Positions 40,552 to 51,870 of a DNA stretch of 64,000 nucleotides are shown here, in pieces. Within the stretch, counting starts at the first letter, position 1. Each line of letters starts with the position of its first letter. Both the position numbers and the translations under genes were made by a program. The stretch lies in the IMG/VR virus record IMGVR_UViG_3300003872_000001, positions 32,001-96,000 of that record. One strand, given 5' to 3'. The notes beneath the pieces are model-generated. The model did no database searches and was not told where the DNA came from. It saw nothing but the letters and a program-made list of their open reading frames with translations. This stretch comes from a virus.

Positions 40552-43500
40552 ATGAATTTCAATGAATTTTATAAAAAATATGGTAATAGACGTAGTACAA
40601 GTCTTATAGAGCCTAAAACTGTAGATAACGATAGTTTTAAATTTCCTAGAAATAGTATCTTGCAATGGGTTATGGTATCTGATGTAGTGGTTCCTATGAC
40701 TACAGATTATGGATATTTACATAATGAAAAGTTGCCAGTGGTAACTACACCATTAAAGTATAGTAAAGATATTGATCTCGTAGGAACTCCTATACAAAAA
40801 CCTATAGTTGTCGCTAGAATAATGAAAGAGTTAAAATCTAATGAACCTACATTTAAATTTTTAAAACCTAATATTAAATCTATAAAAGTACCTAATACTA
40901 AATTATTCATTTTTAATTATGGAGTAGTAGGTGCAAGTTATAGATATAGTATAGATCCACTTAATGACTATTACAAATATGTTAATACGATGAAAACTAT
41001 TCTATATAACAGCAGCATAGCTAATATGGGCGATGGTAGACATCAATTTATACTTATTGATTTACCATTATCTATACCAAACCGTATGGTTCTAGATAGG
41101 TTTTTAACTAAAATGACTAAAGTAGGATTAGAACATTTTAGTACTTATAAACATTTGATTATGTTAGAATTATGGAAATTCCTATCACCTGATACAGAAT
41201 CACTATTTGATGTACTATCATTAGCCGATTATAAAAATATAACTTTAATGTTTAATAGTAACGGCAAAGTGTCATTCCTTAATTTAAATTTATTATTAAG
41301 TTTATCTAAGGATAGACCTGATGTAGTTACAGGATTAAATAAGGTTCCTTCTGAAACTTTAAAGAAAATGTTTTATGTATTTATTACTAAATTATCAAAT
41401 GTAGTTAATATTCCCGATGCTGCTATTAAAAAAACAAATGAGTTAATGAACAGTGTGGTAGGTAGTAATAATATGCAATTAGAAGAAAATGAAGAACATT
41501 TAGACTCTAAGAATATAGATAAAGCATTATCAGAAGAACTAGATGATATACCAGATAGTGATAGTATTGACGATATGGTTACTGATTCTGAGATAGAAAA
41601 AATATCAGAAACTGCTATGACAACCTATGATACAAAAAAAGAACTATTAGACACTAAAGATAATCCTAAAGCAGAGCTAACTAAGAAATTAGATTTATTA
41701 AAGAAACATAAAGTTATTTCTAAAACAAAATTTGATAATTTACATACAGCACTTGCTAATCAAACTAAAATGACAATAGATTTACCAGGTAAAGGTGAAA
41801 CAAAACTTACTGATCTTTTAACTATATCTGATAAAGATTTAACGTTAACTAATAAAGAAATAGAATTACCTGCAGCTAAATCAGTATTAGATCCAACTAT
41901 GAATAAAAATGTAACATCAGTTATGATTTCTAAATATATTGAAAATAAATATTATAAAGATATGACTAGAAGTTTATTCGGATTACAAAAGGCTGGTGTA
42001 ATTATTAATAGTTATAAAATAGAGTCAGGTGCGAATATATTAGGTGAATTTCAAATCCATACAATAGAAGTTGTATTATTAGATGGTAGTAAAAGTAAAC
42101 TAACATTTAAATTACCTACTATTTCTAAAGATGGTTCTTTTAAAATGAGTACTCATTCTTATTATATGCGTATGCAGAAAGTAGACAAGGTTATAGTTAA
42201 AGTAGGCTTTAACAAAGTTAATCTTAATACATACTATGGTAAATTATCTGTGACTAAAGCTACATTTAAAAAAGATGATGCCGGATATGTCTTTAGGAAT
42301 AAGTTATTAAAATTATCAGAGATTAATAAAGAACTAACTAATATAGGACTATTAGATAATATCAAAATGGATCAAACTTTACCTATTGCTTATACTACTA
42401 TTTCTCGTTATGTAAAAAAGTTTACACTAGGTAATCTCAATTATAATTTTGATTATGATAATAGAGATAAATTACTACCTAAGATTAAGTTAGACTCTAT
42501 TGAAAAAAATAAAATTTTAGTAGGTGTAACTAATGACGGGAAGCCACTATTGATGGATAATGATGGTGTGGTTTATTTAAACAATAAACCTATAGGTACA
42601 ATATTGCACCAATTAGGCCTTAAACAAAATGCATTACCAATAGAGTATGCTAATTTAAGGATTCTTAAAAAACAAATACCACTAGTTACTATACTCAGTT
42701 ATTATATAGGCTTACAATCACTGTTCAAAATACTTAACACTAAATTTACTAAACATCAAGTTAAAGAAAAAATTACATTAGATCCTAATCAGTATGTAGT
42801 ATTATTTAAAGATGTTAAGTTAATCATTGAAAGAGACTATGGTCTAAGTGATATGATTATAGCTGGACTAGTTAGTATAAAAAATATTACAAGAAATATT
42901 AATTTTTCAGTTATGACAAATAAAGATAACTTTAGCATACTCTTCAATATGATGGAGTTAAGTATAACTTATATTAATGAGATTAAACTTTTAGAGACAA
43001 TGTATATAGATCCTATGAGTGAAAATGTACTTAAAAGTATGCATGAACCAATTGTCTTTAAAGCACTATTGATAAGAGCTGCTGAATTGCTTTTAACGGA
43101 TGATTATATAAATCCAAATGATGTAACTAACATATTGGTAAAAGGTTATGAACGCATTCCTGGTATGGTTTATAATGAATTAGTACGGGCTATGAAAGAG
43201 CATGCAAATGCATCAATCTTTGGCAAAAGTAGATTACAGATTAACCCTTACTCAGTATGGGCAACTATAGGCTCTGATAGTACAACTGTATTGATAGATG
43301 ATCTCAACCCAGTAGCTGAAATAAAACAATTTGAAGATGTATCAGCATTAGGTAAATTTGGTAGAATAAAAGAAACATTCACTAAGGATACCCGTAGTAT
43401 TGATGAATCAGAAATAGGACTATTTTCAGAAGCAGTTAAAGATAGTGGTGATGTGGGTATAACTGCATATTTATCAGGTGCACCTACATTTAAAAATATA

Positions 43501-43606
43501 TTAGGAGAAGTTAATAAATTTGACTGGAAAGAAGATGGAATGACTTCTATTTTATCTACTCCGGGATTACTGACTCCATTTACAATAACTGATGATGCAA
43601 AAAGAT
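40552..43606 (+). CDS. Virion RNA polymerase beta subunit (phiKZ gp178-like), exon 1
   Basis: FYKKYG.R, DGSF......YMR.QK.D, KGYERIPG, DDLNP and SEA.KDSGDVG motifs; ends DDAKR. Confidence 0.9.
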
Positions 43607-44140
43607 CAACAGACATCCTATAAGAGAGTTATATTTCTTATAAGAATGTGATATGTAGATAATAAATAATATAGAATATTTTGAAATATCAGGATATTCC
43701 AATAATATAAAAAAGATTCTAATAAATTTATTTATTATCACACATATCGTTTAGGTCCAGATTTACAGTAATGTAAATTGGTTATCTTTCTAATTGCGGG
43801 GAATCCTTAAAGTCTATAGATACTACTTACATATGGAAACATGATGTAATACTCACTTCAGTAATGGAGATAGTGAGCATAGTAAAAACTCTATAGAATA
43901 TGACAATAGGCAACCGGCGCAGCGAAGTCTCTACGTGACTCAGTCATACGAGATGTGTTCAACGACTATCCCTGTAACGGGAGTAGGGCTCAAGTGAGTG
44001 GGTATGAAATCCCTTAAATCGAAATGTTAGACACCCTATCATTATAAATGAGGGTGAAGATATAGTCTCGACATGCAGGGAAAGCCTGCAGCAGTTCATA
44101 AGAGAACGCGGTCAGTGTAACGAACTGATCGGAAGATACG
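43607..44140 (+). ncRNA. Group I intron 4 (ORF-less, 534 nt) in the vRNAP beta gene
   Basis: P at ~43792, R at ~43957 and S at ~44059. P1 is GAU|C paired with GGUC, and the intron ends in G44140. Splicing gives DDAKRS-NFSTIMASHAIP. Confidence 0.92.
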
Positions 44141-45240
44141 CAAATTTCTCTACGATTATGGCGTCACACGCTATACCAATGAAGTCATCTAGTTCTTCTT
44201 ATGTACGAACTGGTTATGAATCTGTGCTAGCATTAAGAGCTAGTAAAAAGTTTGTAATACATGCGGAGCAAGATGGAAAAATAACTGATGTTAGTCCACA
44301 GTACATTAAAGGTGTTTATAAGGACGGTACACAATTTAAATATAGTATTAAGAAATGGACTTCTAAAGAAGAGGCTGGCTCAACTTATACGCATAAAATG
44401 ATACCTGCATTAGGCAAAAATAAAACATTTAAAACTGGTGATGCATTAGTATATGATCCTATCTTTTTTGAAAAAGATATATTCGATCCAGGTAAAGTTG
44501 TCTATAAGACTTCCACTAATATGCGCATCGCGTTATTAGAAGACATTCAAACATTTGAGGACTCTTGTACTATAAGCAAAAAGATGTCTAAAAAAACAGG
44601 TATAGAAATTACAAAGGTAAAGTCATTTGTTTTAAATACTTCTGATGTAATAGCTAACCTAGTAAAAATTGGTAGTAAGATAAATGCCAATGATCCATTA
44701 TTTACAATTGTAGATAAGTATGTAGCTCGCTCTGCTAAAACTTTAGATAAAGAAACATTAGAGTTACTTAAAGCATTAAAGAACAATAGTCCTAAAGCTA
44801 AATACAAAGGAATTATTGAGAATGTTGTTATTATGTATAATGCAGAGCCGGATGAAATTTCTAAAAGTGCACAAGAACTTATAGATGCTAGTGATATTAG
44901 ATTAAAAGCTAATAAAGGTTTTATAGGGAAAGTTGATAGCACATATAGTGTTGCGGGAAGTAAATTGATGCCTGGTACTATGGAAATCAAAATATATATT
45001 ATTACAAAAGAAAATAGTGGTATTGGCGATAAGTTTATAGTTGGAGGTCAACTTAAGTGTACAGTTTCAGAGGTTGCTGATTATGAAATATATACAGCAG
45101 ATACCAATACTGAAGTTGATATGACATTTAGTATGAAGGCTATAAACGCCAGGATTGTTAATAGTGCTTTCATCACAGGTATGGCGGGTAGGGCTTTAGA
45201 AGCTCTGGAAAATAAAGTAATACGGGAATATTTTGGTTAA
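44141..45240 (+). CDS. Virion RNAP beta subunit, exon 2
   Basis: Beta motifs VRTGYE, TFEDS, GIGDK..VGGQLK and INARIV; the spliced product is 1384 aa. Confidence 0.9.
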
Positions 45241-45291
45241 GAACGTTTGTTCTTCGACCATATTTCTTGATATTTTAAATAAGGAATAATT

Positions 45292-45525
45292 ATGATTATA
45301 AGTTCTAATCTCCAAGAAGAAGATAGAGTTGCAGTTAATCTAAATAGTTTAACACTACTTACAACGTTGGCAACTAAAGTTATTGATAGAGTTGTAAATG
45401 ACCATAGTGATATTTTATATGCTCCAAAAAACACAATAGGTATAGAGAACTTTTACTCATCAGTAGATGTAATCATATCTGATAAAATTAAAAATGCATT
45501 ATTAGGAGATGACAATGTTAAATAA
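45292..45525 (+). CDS. Small hypothetical protein
   Basis: 77 aa with an AAGGA RBS, overlapping the start of the next gene. Confidence 0.55.
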   Translation: MIISSNLQEEDRVAVNLNSLTLLTTLATKVIDRVVNDHSDILYAPKNTIGIENFYSSVDVIISDKIKNALLGDDNVK

Positions 45526-46813
45526 AACTGTTAAATTGCTAGCCGATGAATTAGCATTAAAAGATAAAGTAATTCAACCAGTTAATAATACAGCATTAGC
45601 GTTAATTAATGGTGCATCTATAGAAAGTCAAAATATAGTAGCTAATAAAATAGCTAATAAAATAGGCAATGAAGTTAATCTTTATAGAAATGGATTCGTT
45701 CCAGTTCTTAAAAATTATATTAATATTATTGAAAAAACTATTGAAAACCGTACACCTAATAACCCAGTTGAGCAATATCAAATTGATGTTATTAAAATAC
45801 CTGATATAATAAAACTACTTATTAAAAAAGGTACTATTAAAAAACAGGCTTCAGTTTATGACCTACCGATAGCTTCTTTAATTATTCCTGCTCCTACAGA
45901 AAATATTAAGAGTTATTTTAAAGTAACTTCCATTGAAGAGCAACTAGCAGTTGATGCTGCATTGGATCGTTATACTAATGAACAATTGACAGCTCTATGG
46001 GAAAAATATCTTTCGAATGTATCTGGTAGTAATATTAATATTAGTTCTATATCGTATAATGGTTTAGATAATTTCGATGAAATATCTTTACTATTAATAT
46101 TAGTAGGAAATTTAAAAAATAATATACCTGACGGAGTATCTATAAAAGAGAATGCTTATGGCACTATCATGCGTGAATTCTATAATAAACTAGTAGAAGA
46201 TATATCTGTTATAGTCAGAACTTATAACGACTATGTTGCTATGAAAAGACTAGTTATTAAAATAGATAATTTTACTATTAAAGTTGTAGAAGATATTTAT
46301 AATATCTTTTTAAAAGATAATAGTGCTGAAATTCTACTAGGTATGATTATTACCAAAATAGATGGTTTTGCTAAATATATGTTAGATGATATTGTTGCAA
46401 ATAGTGATACATATATGAGTAATTGGGAAAAATTCCTTAGACTAAATACTATTGCTATGAAACTAGAGTCTAACAATATTTACAAATTAGCTTATACATT
46501 TGGTATAGATGAATTATTAAAAGAAATACCAGAAAGTCTAAACAAATATGTAGTATACGTTGAATCAGACATAGTTACTATTACTGAGAAGTATGTTAGT
46601 AAATTAAGCACTGAGAATATATTAAATATTCCGGATGTAGCACTATACATTATTGGTAAACTCGTTTTCCCTAATACTAATGCGTATATTTTCTTTCAAG
46701 CTATGAATAAGTATAAAGAACTCGACACTAAGATTACTTCAATGGAAGCAGCTTCATTAGCAACACTAGATATGATAGTAGATTACTTATTACAGCAAGT
46801 TAAAGTAGTATAA
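45509..46813 (+). CDS. Conserved virion-associated protein (position of phiKZ gp177)
   Basis: 434-aa ORF in the gp178-177-176-175-174 gene order. Confidence 0.65.
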   Translation: MTMLNKTVKLLADELALKDKVIQPVNNTALALINGASIESQNIVANKIANKIGNEVNLYRNGFVPVLKNYINIIEKTIENRTPNNPVEQYQIDVIKIPDIIKLLIKKGTIKKQASVYDLPIASLIIPAPTENIKSYFKVTSIEEQLAVDAALDRYTNEQLTALWEKYLSNVSGSNINISSISYNGLDNFDEISLLLILVGNLKNNIPDGVSIKENAYGTIMREFYNKLVEDISVIVRTYNDYVAMKRLVIKIDNFTIKVVEDIYNIFLKDNSAEILLGMIITKIDGFAKYMLDDIVANSDTYMSNWEKFLRLNTIAMKLESNNIYKLAYTFGIDELLKEIPESLNKYVVYVESDIVTITEKYVSKLSTENILNIPDVALYIIGKLVFPNTNAYIFFQAMNKYKELDTKITSMEAASLATLDMIVDYLLQQVKVV

Positions 46814-46822
46814 AGGTATAGT

Positions 46823-47533
46823 ATGGAAAGTTTAGAAGTTAATAAATTAGTTAGAAATGCAGATAAAAGTAAGTCTGCTTTTAAAATAGTTGGCGATGTA
46901 ACCATGGCTACTGAAGATCTTTCTATTATCTTTCCAGAGAACTTTATCAATGCTGGCTTAGCTAATATGTCTGATGGAGTTTCAGTTATAGGTATCGTTG
47001 CCGTGATTATAGGTAATACCTATAGTGTGTTGAATATACCTACTAATATTAGGTTAACTCCCTCCACAATAGATAGTGTAGATGTGGGTGGTATTACACA
47101 GGTTTTATGTAAATTTAATAAGGGTGATATTGTCTTAAAAACTAACGGGGTAACTAAGACCACAAAGTATCTTTATAAAATATTAAGTTTCTTTTATATT
47201 AAAGGTAAAATACCATGGTATATAAGTTATGAAGATGCCAGCAACTTTATATTGGAATCTGTAAAATATACAGGTAGTCATATAGGTGATAACTTCACAG
47301 CTACAGAAATCATCACGTCAATTGTTTCATATGATCCTAAAAATAGTGATACTGCATATAGACTTAGTGATTTTGAATGGTTCCCAGTATATAAGGGAAT
47401 GAATAATCAATTTCATGCATTTGATAATACTACTTCAAAATTAGTTGGTGCGTATTTTTCAGATGGTGTTATAACGAGTATAGTTGATAAAAGTGAAGAA
47501 GTTAGCAATATAGAAGAAATAATAAGGAAATGA
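46823..47533 (+). CDS. Conserved protein (phiKZ gp176-like)
   Basis: GKIPWYISYED and NTTSKLVGAYFSDG motifs plus synteny. Confidence 0.68.
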   Translation: MESLEVNKLVRNADKSKSAFKIVGDVTMATEDLSIIFPENFINAGLANMSDGVSVIGIVAVIIGNTYSVLNIPTNIRLTPSTIDSVDVGGITQVLCKFNKGDIVLKTNGVTKTTKYLYKILSFFYIKGKIPWYISYEDASNFILESVKYTGSHIGDNFTATEIITSIVSYDPKNSDTAYRLSDFEWFPVYKGMNNQFHAFDNTTSKLVGAYFSDGVITSIVDKSEEVSNIEEIIRK

Positions 47534-47534
47534 T

Positions 47535-48299
47535 ATGAGTGAAGTTGTTTTTACTACTGTAAAATCTAATGGTGATAATAGGAAATTAGAGAAAGATGAT
47601 AACGGATATTATAAGGTTACCTTAGGTGCTTTAAATGTTTTCAATTCCGCTAATCAATATTATGAATTATCCGATAGTGTTAAAAAATTATTTACAGAAG
47701 ATTCTTCTATATTAATGCGTCGAATAAAAAGTGGTTCTCTGAAGTCTGAAGTAGGTCATCCTAAGTTAGTACCTGGTATGACTAAGAATGAATATTATGC
47801 TAGAAACTTGAGAATAGAAGAGACTAACATATGTGCTCATATTAGAGATATTATGTTAGAAGAAACTAATATTGATTCAGGTTATGGTAATGGCGACAAA
47901 GTAGTTTTAATTACTGGTTGGATAGCACCTAGCGGAGTTCACGGAGAAGCATTAAAAAAAGATCTAGATAATCCAGATGTCAATGTGGCATTCTCTATTA
48001 GGTCATTTACTAACAACAGAATGGTTGCTGGTACACTTGTGAAAAGAATAGGTCAAGTTGTTACTTGGGATTGGGTTAATGAACCTGGTATTAATTATGC
48101 TACTAAATGGAAAACCCTTGGTATCGAGTCAAATGATAAATTCACTATGAGTATTGTAGAACTTAAAGGCGGAGATGAAGATATAAATGAATGTCTAAAT
48201 TGCTCTTTAGAGTCTAATGACGAAAAAGAACTTACAAGAGAATTGATTCATACTCTAGAAGATGACGATAATAAAAAACACATTATATTAGATTGGTAA
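47535..48299 (+). CDS. Prohead (head maturation) serine protease (phiKZ gp175-like)
   Basis: GYY...LGALN.FNS, SEVGHP, CAHI, AFSIRSFT and TWDWVNEPGI motifs, with C-terminal GIE/SLE putative autocleavage sites. Confidence 0.9.
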   Translation: MSEVVFTTVKSNGDNRKLEKDDNGYYKVTLGALNVFNSANQYYELSDSVKKLFTEDSSILMRRIKSGSLKSEVGHPKLVPGMTKNEYYARNLRIEETNICAHIRDIMLEETNIDSGYGNGDKVVLITGWIAPSGVHGEALKKDLDNPDVNVAFSIRSFTNNRMVAGTLVKRIGQVVTWDWVNEPGINYATKWKTLGIESNDKFTMSIVELKGGDEDINECLNCSLESNDEKELTRELIHTLEDDDNKKHIILDW

Positions 48300-48302
48300 T
48301 AG

Positions 48303-48328
48303 CACTAGTAGCTAAATAGCTACTAGTG
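48303..48328. terminator. Palindromic hairpin (CACTAGTAGC family)
   Basis: cactagtagcta-aa-tagctactagtg. Confidence 0.7.
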
Positions 48329-48367
48329 TATATTTTTTGAATAATGCACCATTAAGGAGGTACTAAG

Positions 48368-50539
48368 ATGATCGGGAGAACTAATAATGTAAATCCAAAA
48401 TTAAAACTTAAATCAGGTATTTTAAAAAATCAGAATGATCAAACTAACGAGAAAATTGATAGTCTTAATATAATAGATAGTAAATGGGTAAATACTATGT
48501 TTATGATTCCTAATTCAGACTTACCAACTAAGACAGACATGCAATATAGGTATTGGTCTACAGCTGATGATAAGTTTACTGATACTTCACTAGGTGGCTC
48601 CATAGCTATCAATGCTAGGCCACAGTTTACTCCTTATGCAGACATTCCATCTAAAGGAAGGATATCTTCTCGTCATGATGTTACTATCAATGGTAGAACC
48701 GGCGATTACGGTATGGGTAGATATTATAGTGAAGCCATTGACGATAATAGTGAATTGGTATACCTCACATTCGGCATACCTAGATTTAACTCAATATTCG
48801 ATTTCTTTAGTAAAAGTGTTGACTATGTTGATAGTGTTGTTGCTAATACAGGTAGAAGCCCAATAGGGTACCGTGCTGGTCAACTTATGGGTGATGTAGC
48901 TATGTTAGTTGCATTCCCAGTTATAACTCTTTCAATATGGTTTACTAAGACTGTAATAGGATTCCTAACTGGACATGGTGCATTTGATTATTATTATATA
49001 GAAGAAACTATGCATACGTATTGGGGTACAGTTAATACCATAGTTACTCAAATGGCTACAGAATTAGGTATACTTATTCCTGAACTTATACAAAGTGAAA
49101 GTTCTCAATCCGATAAGATCGGTACTAACTATAAATTTAATCAAACTGCACTTAACAACTTAAAAGCATTAATGCCAGGAATTATCGGACCTAATAACTA
49201 TATAGATGTATTTGCTATAGCTACTAGAGCACAAACTATGGCTGATCAACAAATGTTACGTGATCGTGCGTTATTCGAAAGTAAACAACCACATGTAGAT
49301 GGGTTATTTGGATATCTTAAACGAAAATTTAGTTCAGATGGAAGTGGCGATCCGGGATCAACCACACTGGATGCTATAAACTCAGCTATATCATTTGAAA
49401 CTTTTATTAAAAAATTTACTACTGATCCTTCTTATCCTTTTGCTAAAGAAGTTAAAGGTTCAGTTGATATGAATACTAACACACCTAAGCCAGGCAGTAA
49501 AAACACTATACCAACCAATAAGAAAAATGCACGTTTCGTACAGGGACCACAAGGACGTTATAAAAATACTGGTAATGATCCAAGTGCTCTACTTAAATTT
49601 ACTAAAGCATTAGACAGTGCAGTAAGAGGTGGCGGGGAATTTGCAATATTCAAAGTCGACTATAGTGGTAGTGTGAGTGAATCTTTTTCTAATAGTACGA
49701 GTGAAATTGGAACATCTGAAAAATTAAAATCTTTAGCTAAAAAAAGTAGAGATGTGCGTTTTGACTTATCAGGCGGAAACATTTTAGGTGATACTGTAGG
49801 TAAGATATTCGGATATGCAAAAGACACTATCATGGGTGCATTAGATAGTGTGACTTTTGGAGCATCTAATGTAGTACAAACTTTACTAGGCGGAGGATAT
49901 ATAAACATTCCTAAAAAATGGGATGACTCATCATATAGTGCACCTTCGACTAATTATAAGATACAACTTGTATCACCTTATGCTAACCAAATAAGTCAAT
50001 TACAAAATATTTACATACCATTAGCATTATTATTAGCAGGAGCCTTACCACAAGCTACAGGTAGAGCAAGTTATACTTCTCCTTATTTATGTAAACTATT
50101 TAATAAAGGTAAGCAAACCATTGATTTAGGAATGATCACTAGTGTTACTATTTCTAGGGGCACATCTAATCTTGCATTTAATAAATTTAAACAAGCATTA
50201 GCTATTGATGTTAGTTTTACTGTTACTGATTTTAGTAATTTATTAACATCTCCTGTCCCGGTATCTATCTTCCAAACATTCTCTCCGGAGTTACAGGATG
50301 ATACACCGTTCAGTAAGTTTATAGCAACAATATGTAGTAGAGACTTACTAACATCAAAATATGCTGTTCCTAAAGCTAAAATAAATCTATCTAGAAAGAT
50401 TATGAATATGGAACAAACATTTAGTCCTAATAGTTGGGGACTATTAGCTGGTGAATCACTAAGGGGATTGTTGGGCGGAGCGGCTGCAGATTCAAGTCTA
50501 GCTAGCGGTACTCAATCTAACCAATATCCTTCACTATGA
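48368..50539 (+). CDS. Virion structural protein (phiKZ gp174-like)
   Basis: KFTDTSLGG..AIN..PQFT.YAD, GMGRYYSEAIDDN and SYTSPYLC motifs plus synteny. Confidence 0.75.
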   Translation: MIGRTNNVNPKLKLKSGILKNQNDQTNEKIDSLNIIDSKWVNTMFMIPNSDLPTKTDMQYRYWSTADDKFTDTSLGGSIAINARPQFTPYADIPSKGRISSRHDVTINGRTGDYGMGRYYSEAIDDNSELVYLTFGIPRFNSIFDFFSKSVDYVDSVVANTGRSPIGYRAGQLMGDVAMLVAFPVITLSIWFTKTVIGFLTGHGAFDYYYIEETMHTYWGTVNTIVTQMATELGILIPELIQSESSQSDKIGTNYKFNQTALNNLKALMPGIIGPNNYIDVFAIATRAQTMADQQMLRDRALFESKQPHVDGLFGYLKRKFSSDGSGDPGSTTLDAINSAISFETFIKKFTTDPSYPFAKEVKGSVDMNTNTPKPGSKNTIPTNKKNARFVQGPQGRYKNTGNDPSALLKFTKALDSAVRGGGEFAIFKVDYSGSVSESFSNSTSEIGTSEKLKSLAKKSRDVRFDLSGGNILGDTVGKIFGYAKDTIMGALDSVTFGASNVVQTLLGGGYINIPKKWDDSSYSAPSTNYKIQLVSPYANQISQLQNIYIPLALLLAGALPQATGRASYTSPYLCKLFNKGKQTIDLGMITSVTISRGTSNLAFNKFKQALAIDVSFTVTDFSNLLTSPVPVSIFQTFSPELQDDTPFSKFIATICSRDLLTSKYAVPKAKINLSRKIMNMEQTFSPNSWGLLAGESLRGLLGGAAADSSLASGTQSNQYPSL

Positions 50540-50540
50540 G

Positions 50541-50635
50541 TAATTCATCACATTAGAATAGATCGTGCCTTCTAGGTACCTTAAAATGAATATAAAGACT
50601 ATATAACACTAGTAGCCATAGCTACTAGTGTTATA
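50541..50635 (-). repeat. ~95-bp dispersed repeat, copy B, including the terminator-like palindrome
   Basis: The reverse complement matches 6383-6479. It fills the whole gap between two convergent stop codons. Confidence 0.9.
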
Positions 50636-50636
50636 C

Positions 50637-51728
50637 TTATATTTTATGTAGAATACTCATAATAAGACTACTTCTGCTATTAGTAGTAACATTGTTAGTT
50701 GGTGCTGTGGGCATAGAAAAATCATTTTCTGTTTTATGCACTGCAATTGATCCCATAAATAAATTATTTTTTACACGATAATAATTAGTGTTGCCTTGAC
50801 TATCTGTTTTCCAAGAAGGATCATAACTATCTAACCCACTAGTAATATTCTCATATGTGTAATTACTACTAGTAGCATCTTTTTTTGTTCCAGATAAATT
50901 AGACATTACATTATCTATATTACCTTTAGTATTAACACGTGCTACACTACGTTCATTTTCAGGCATAGAGTCAGTAATAGCTTTATTAAGCATTATCTTA
51001 TCATATACTTTACTACTACCTATTTTCCCAACGGAACCACTTATGGCACTCATCATACCAGATTTGTCTATTACGCCTTTAGCAAATTTTTCTATACTAC
51101 TACAATCTAGCCAGTTTAATAAACTTTTATTAGTTAAAAAATCTAATAGACCACTTATATCTAATCCGCCCATATGAAAACAACTTGTTAATGTTGACAT
51201 AAGATTATTTTTACTCATAATGGTACTACCAACATGGCTATTCAAATCAGACATAACATTACCTTTAATAATAGGTGTTAAAGCTGATATGTCTAATCCT
51301 GGATGACTTGTTTTAGCTATTGTTAATTTAGCATGAATCATTTTATCTAGTTTACTATTTTGAAGTGAAGATAATGTTACACTATGTGTGTTTTCTTTAC
51401 TAGCACTGGTATTCGATAGTACACTATCAATTCCTACAGTAGGTGTTAGAGAAGAATCTCTACTTACATTAGTTTTACTAGATAATTCTTTTTTATTAGC
51501 TGGTGTAGTTACAGAACCATTATATAGTGCATTAGTCGGGCTAGACACTATACCGTGTTTGGGATGCTCATTATTAACCATAGCTTTATTAGCTGCAGTT
51601 TTACTAGGACTTAACTCTTGACTACCCACACTTGCTTTATTAGTTATACTGTCTTTTTTATTCTCAAAACTTACCTGATTAAGTTTCGTTATTGTTTCAA
51701 CATTTAGTCTTTTTGTAATAATAGCCAT
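50637..51728 (-). CDS. Hypothetical S/T/N-rich protein
   Basis: 363-aa ORF with an AAGGAG RBS. Confidence 0.62.
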   Translation of the reverse strand: MAIITKRLNVETITKLNQVSFENKKDSITNKASVGSQELSPSKTAANKAMVNNEHPKHGIVSSPTNALYNGSVTTPANKKELSSKTNVSRDSSLTPTVGIDSVLSNTSASKENTHSVTLSSLQNSKLDKMIHAKLTIAKTSHPGLDISALTPIIKGNVMSDLNSHVGSTIMSKNNLMSTLTSCFHMGGLDISGLLDFLTNKSLLNWLDCSSIEKFAKGVIDKSGMMSAISGSVGKIGSSKVYDKIMLNKAITDSMPENERSVARVNTKGNIDNVMSNLSGTKKDATSSNYTYENITSGLDSYDPSWKTDSQGNTNYYRVKNNLFMGSIAVHKTENDFSMPTAPTNNVTTNSRSSLIMSILHKI

Positions 51729-51786
51729 TATATAACTCCTTATCTTTTTTCATGAAAATAAGAAATAATGAACTAACAGTAAATAG

Positions 51787-51822
51787 TTGATTCTAGAAAA
51801 AATTAAGTACATAATATTAATA
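51787..51822 (+). promoter_or_regulatory. Putative phage promoter
   Basis: TTGATT-ctagaaaaaattaagta(17)-CATAAT-ATTAA. Confidence 0.68.
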
Positions 51823-51870
51823 TGAAGAGTATGTAATGTACTTGGAATATTTCAAGTTAAGGAGACAGAT

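Noticed and set aside
36694-45240. Inteins in the RNAP subunits
   Set aside because: The interruptions contain stop codons and RNA core motifs, and there are no C/S...HN intein ends.
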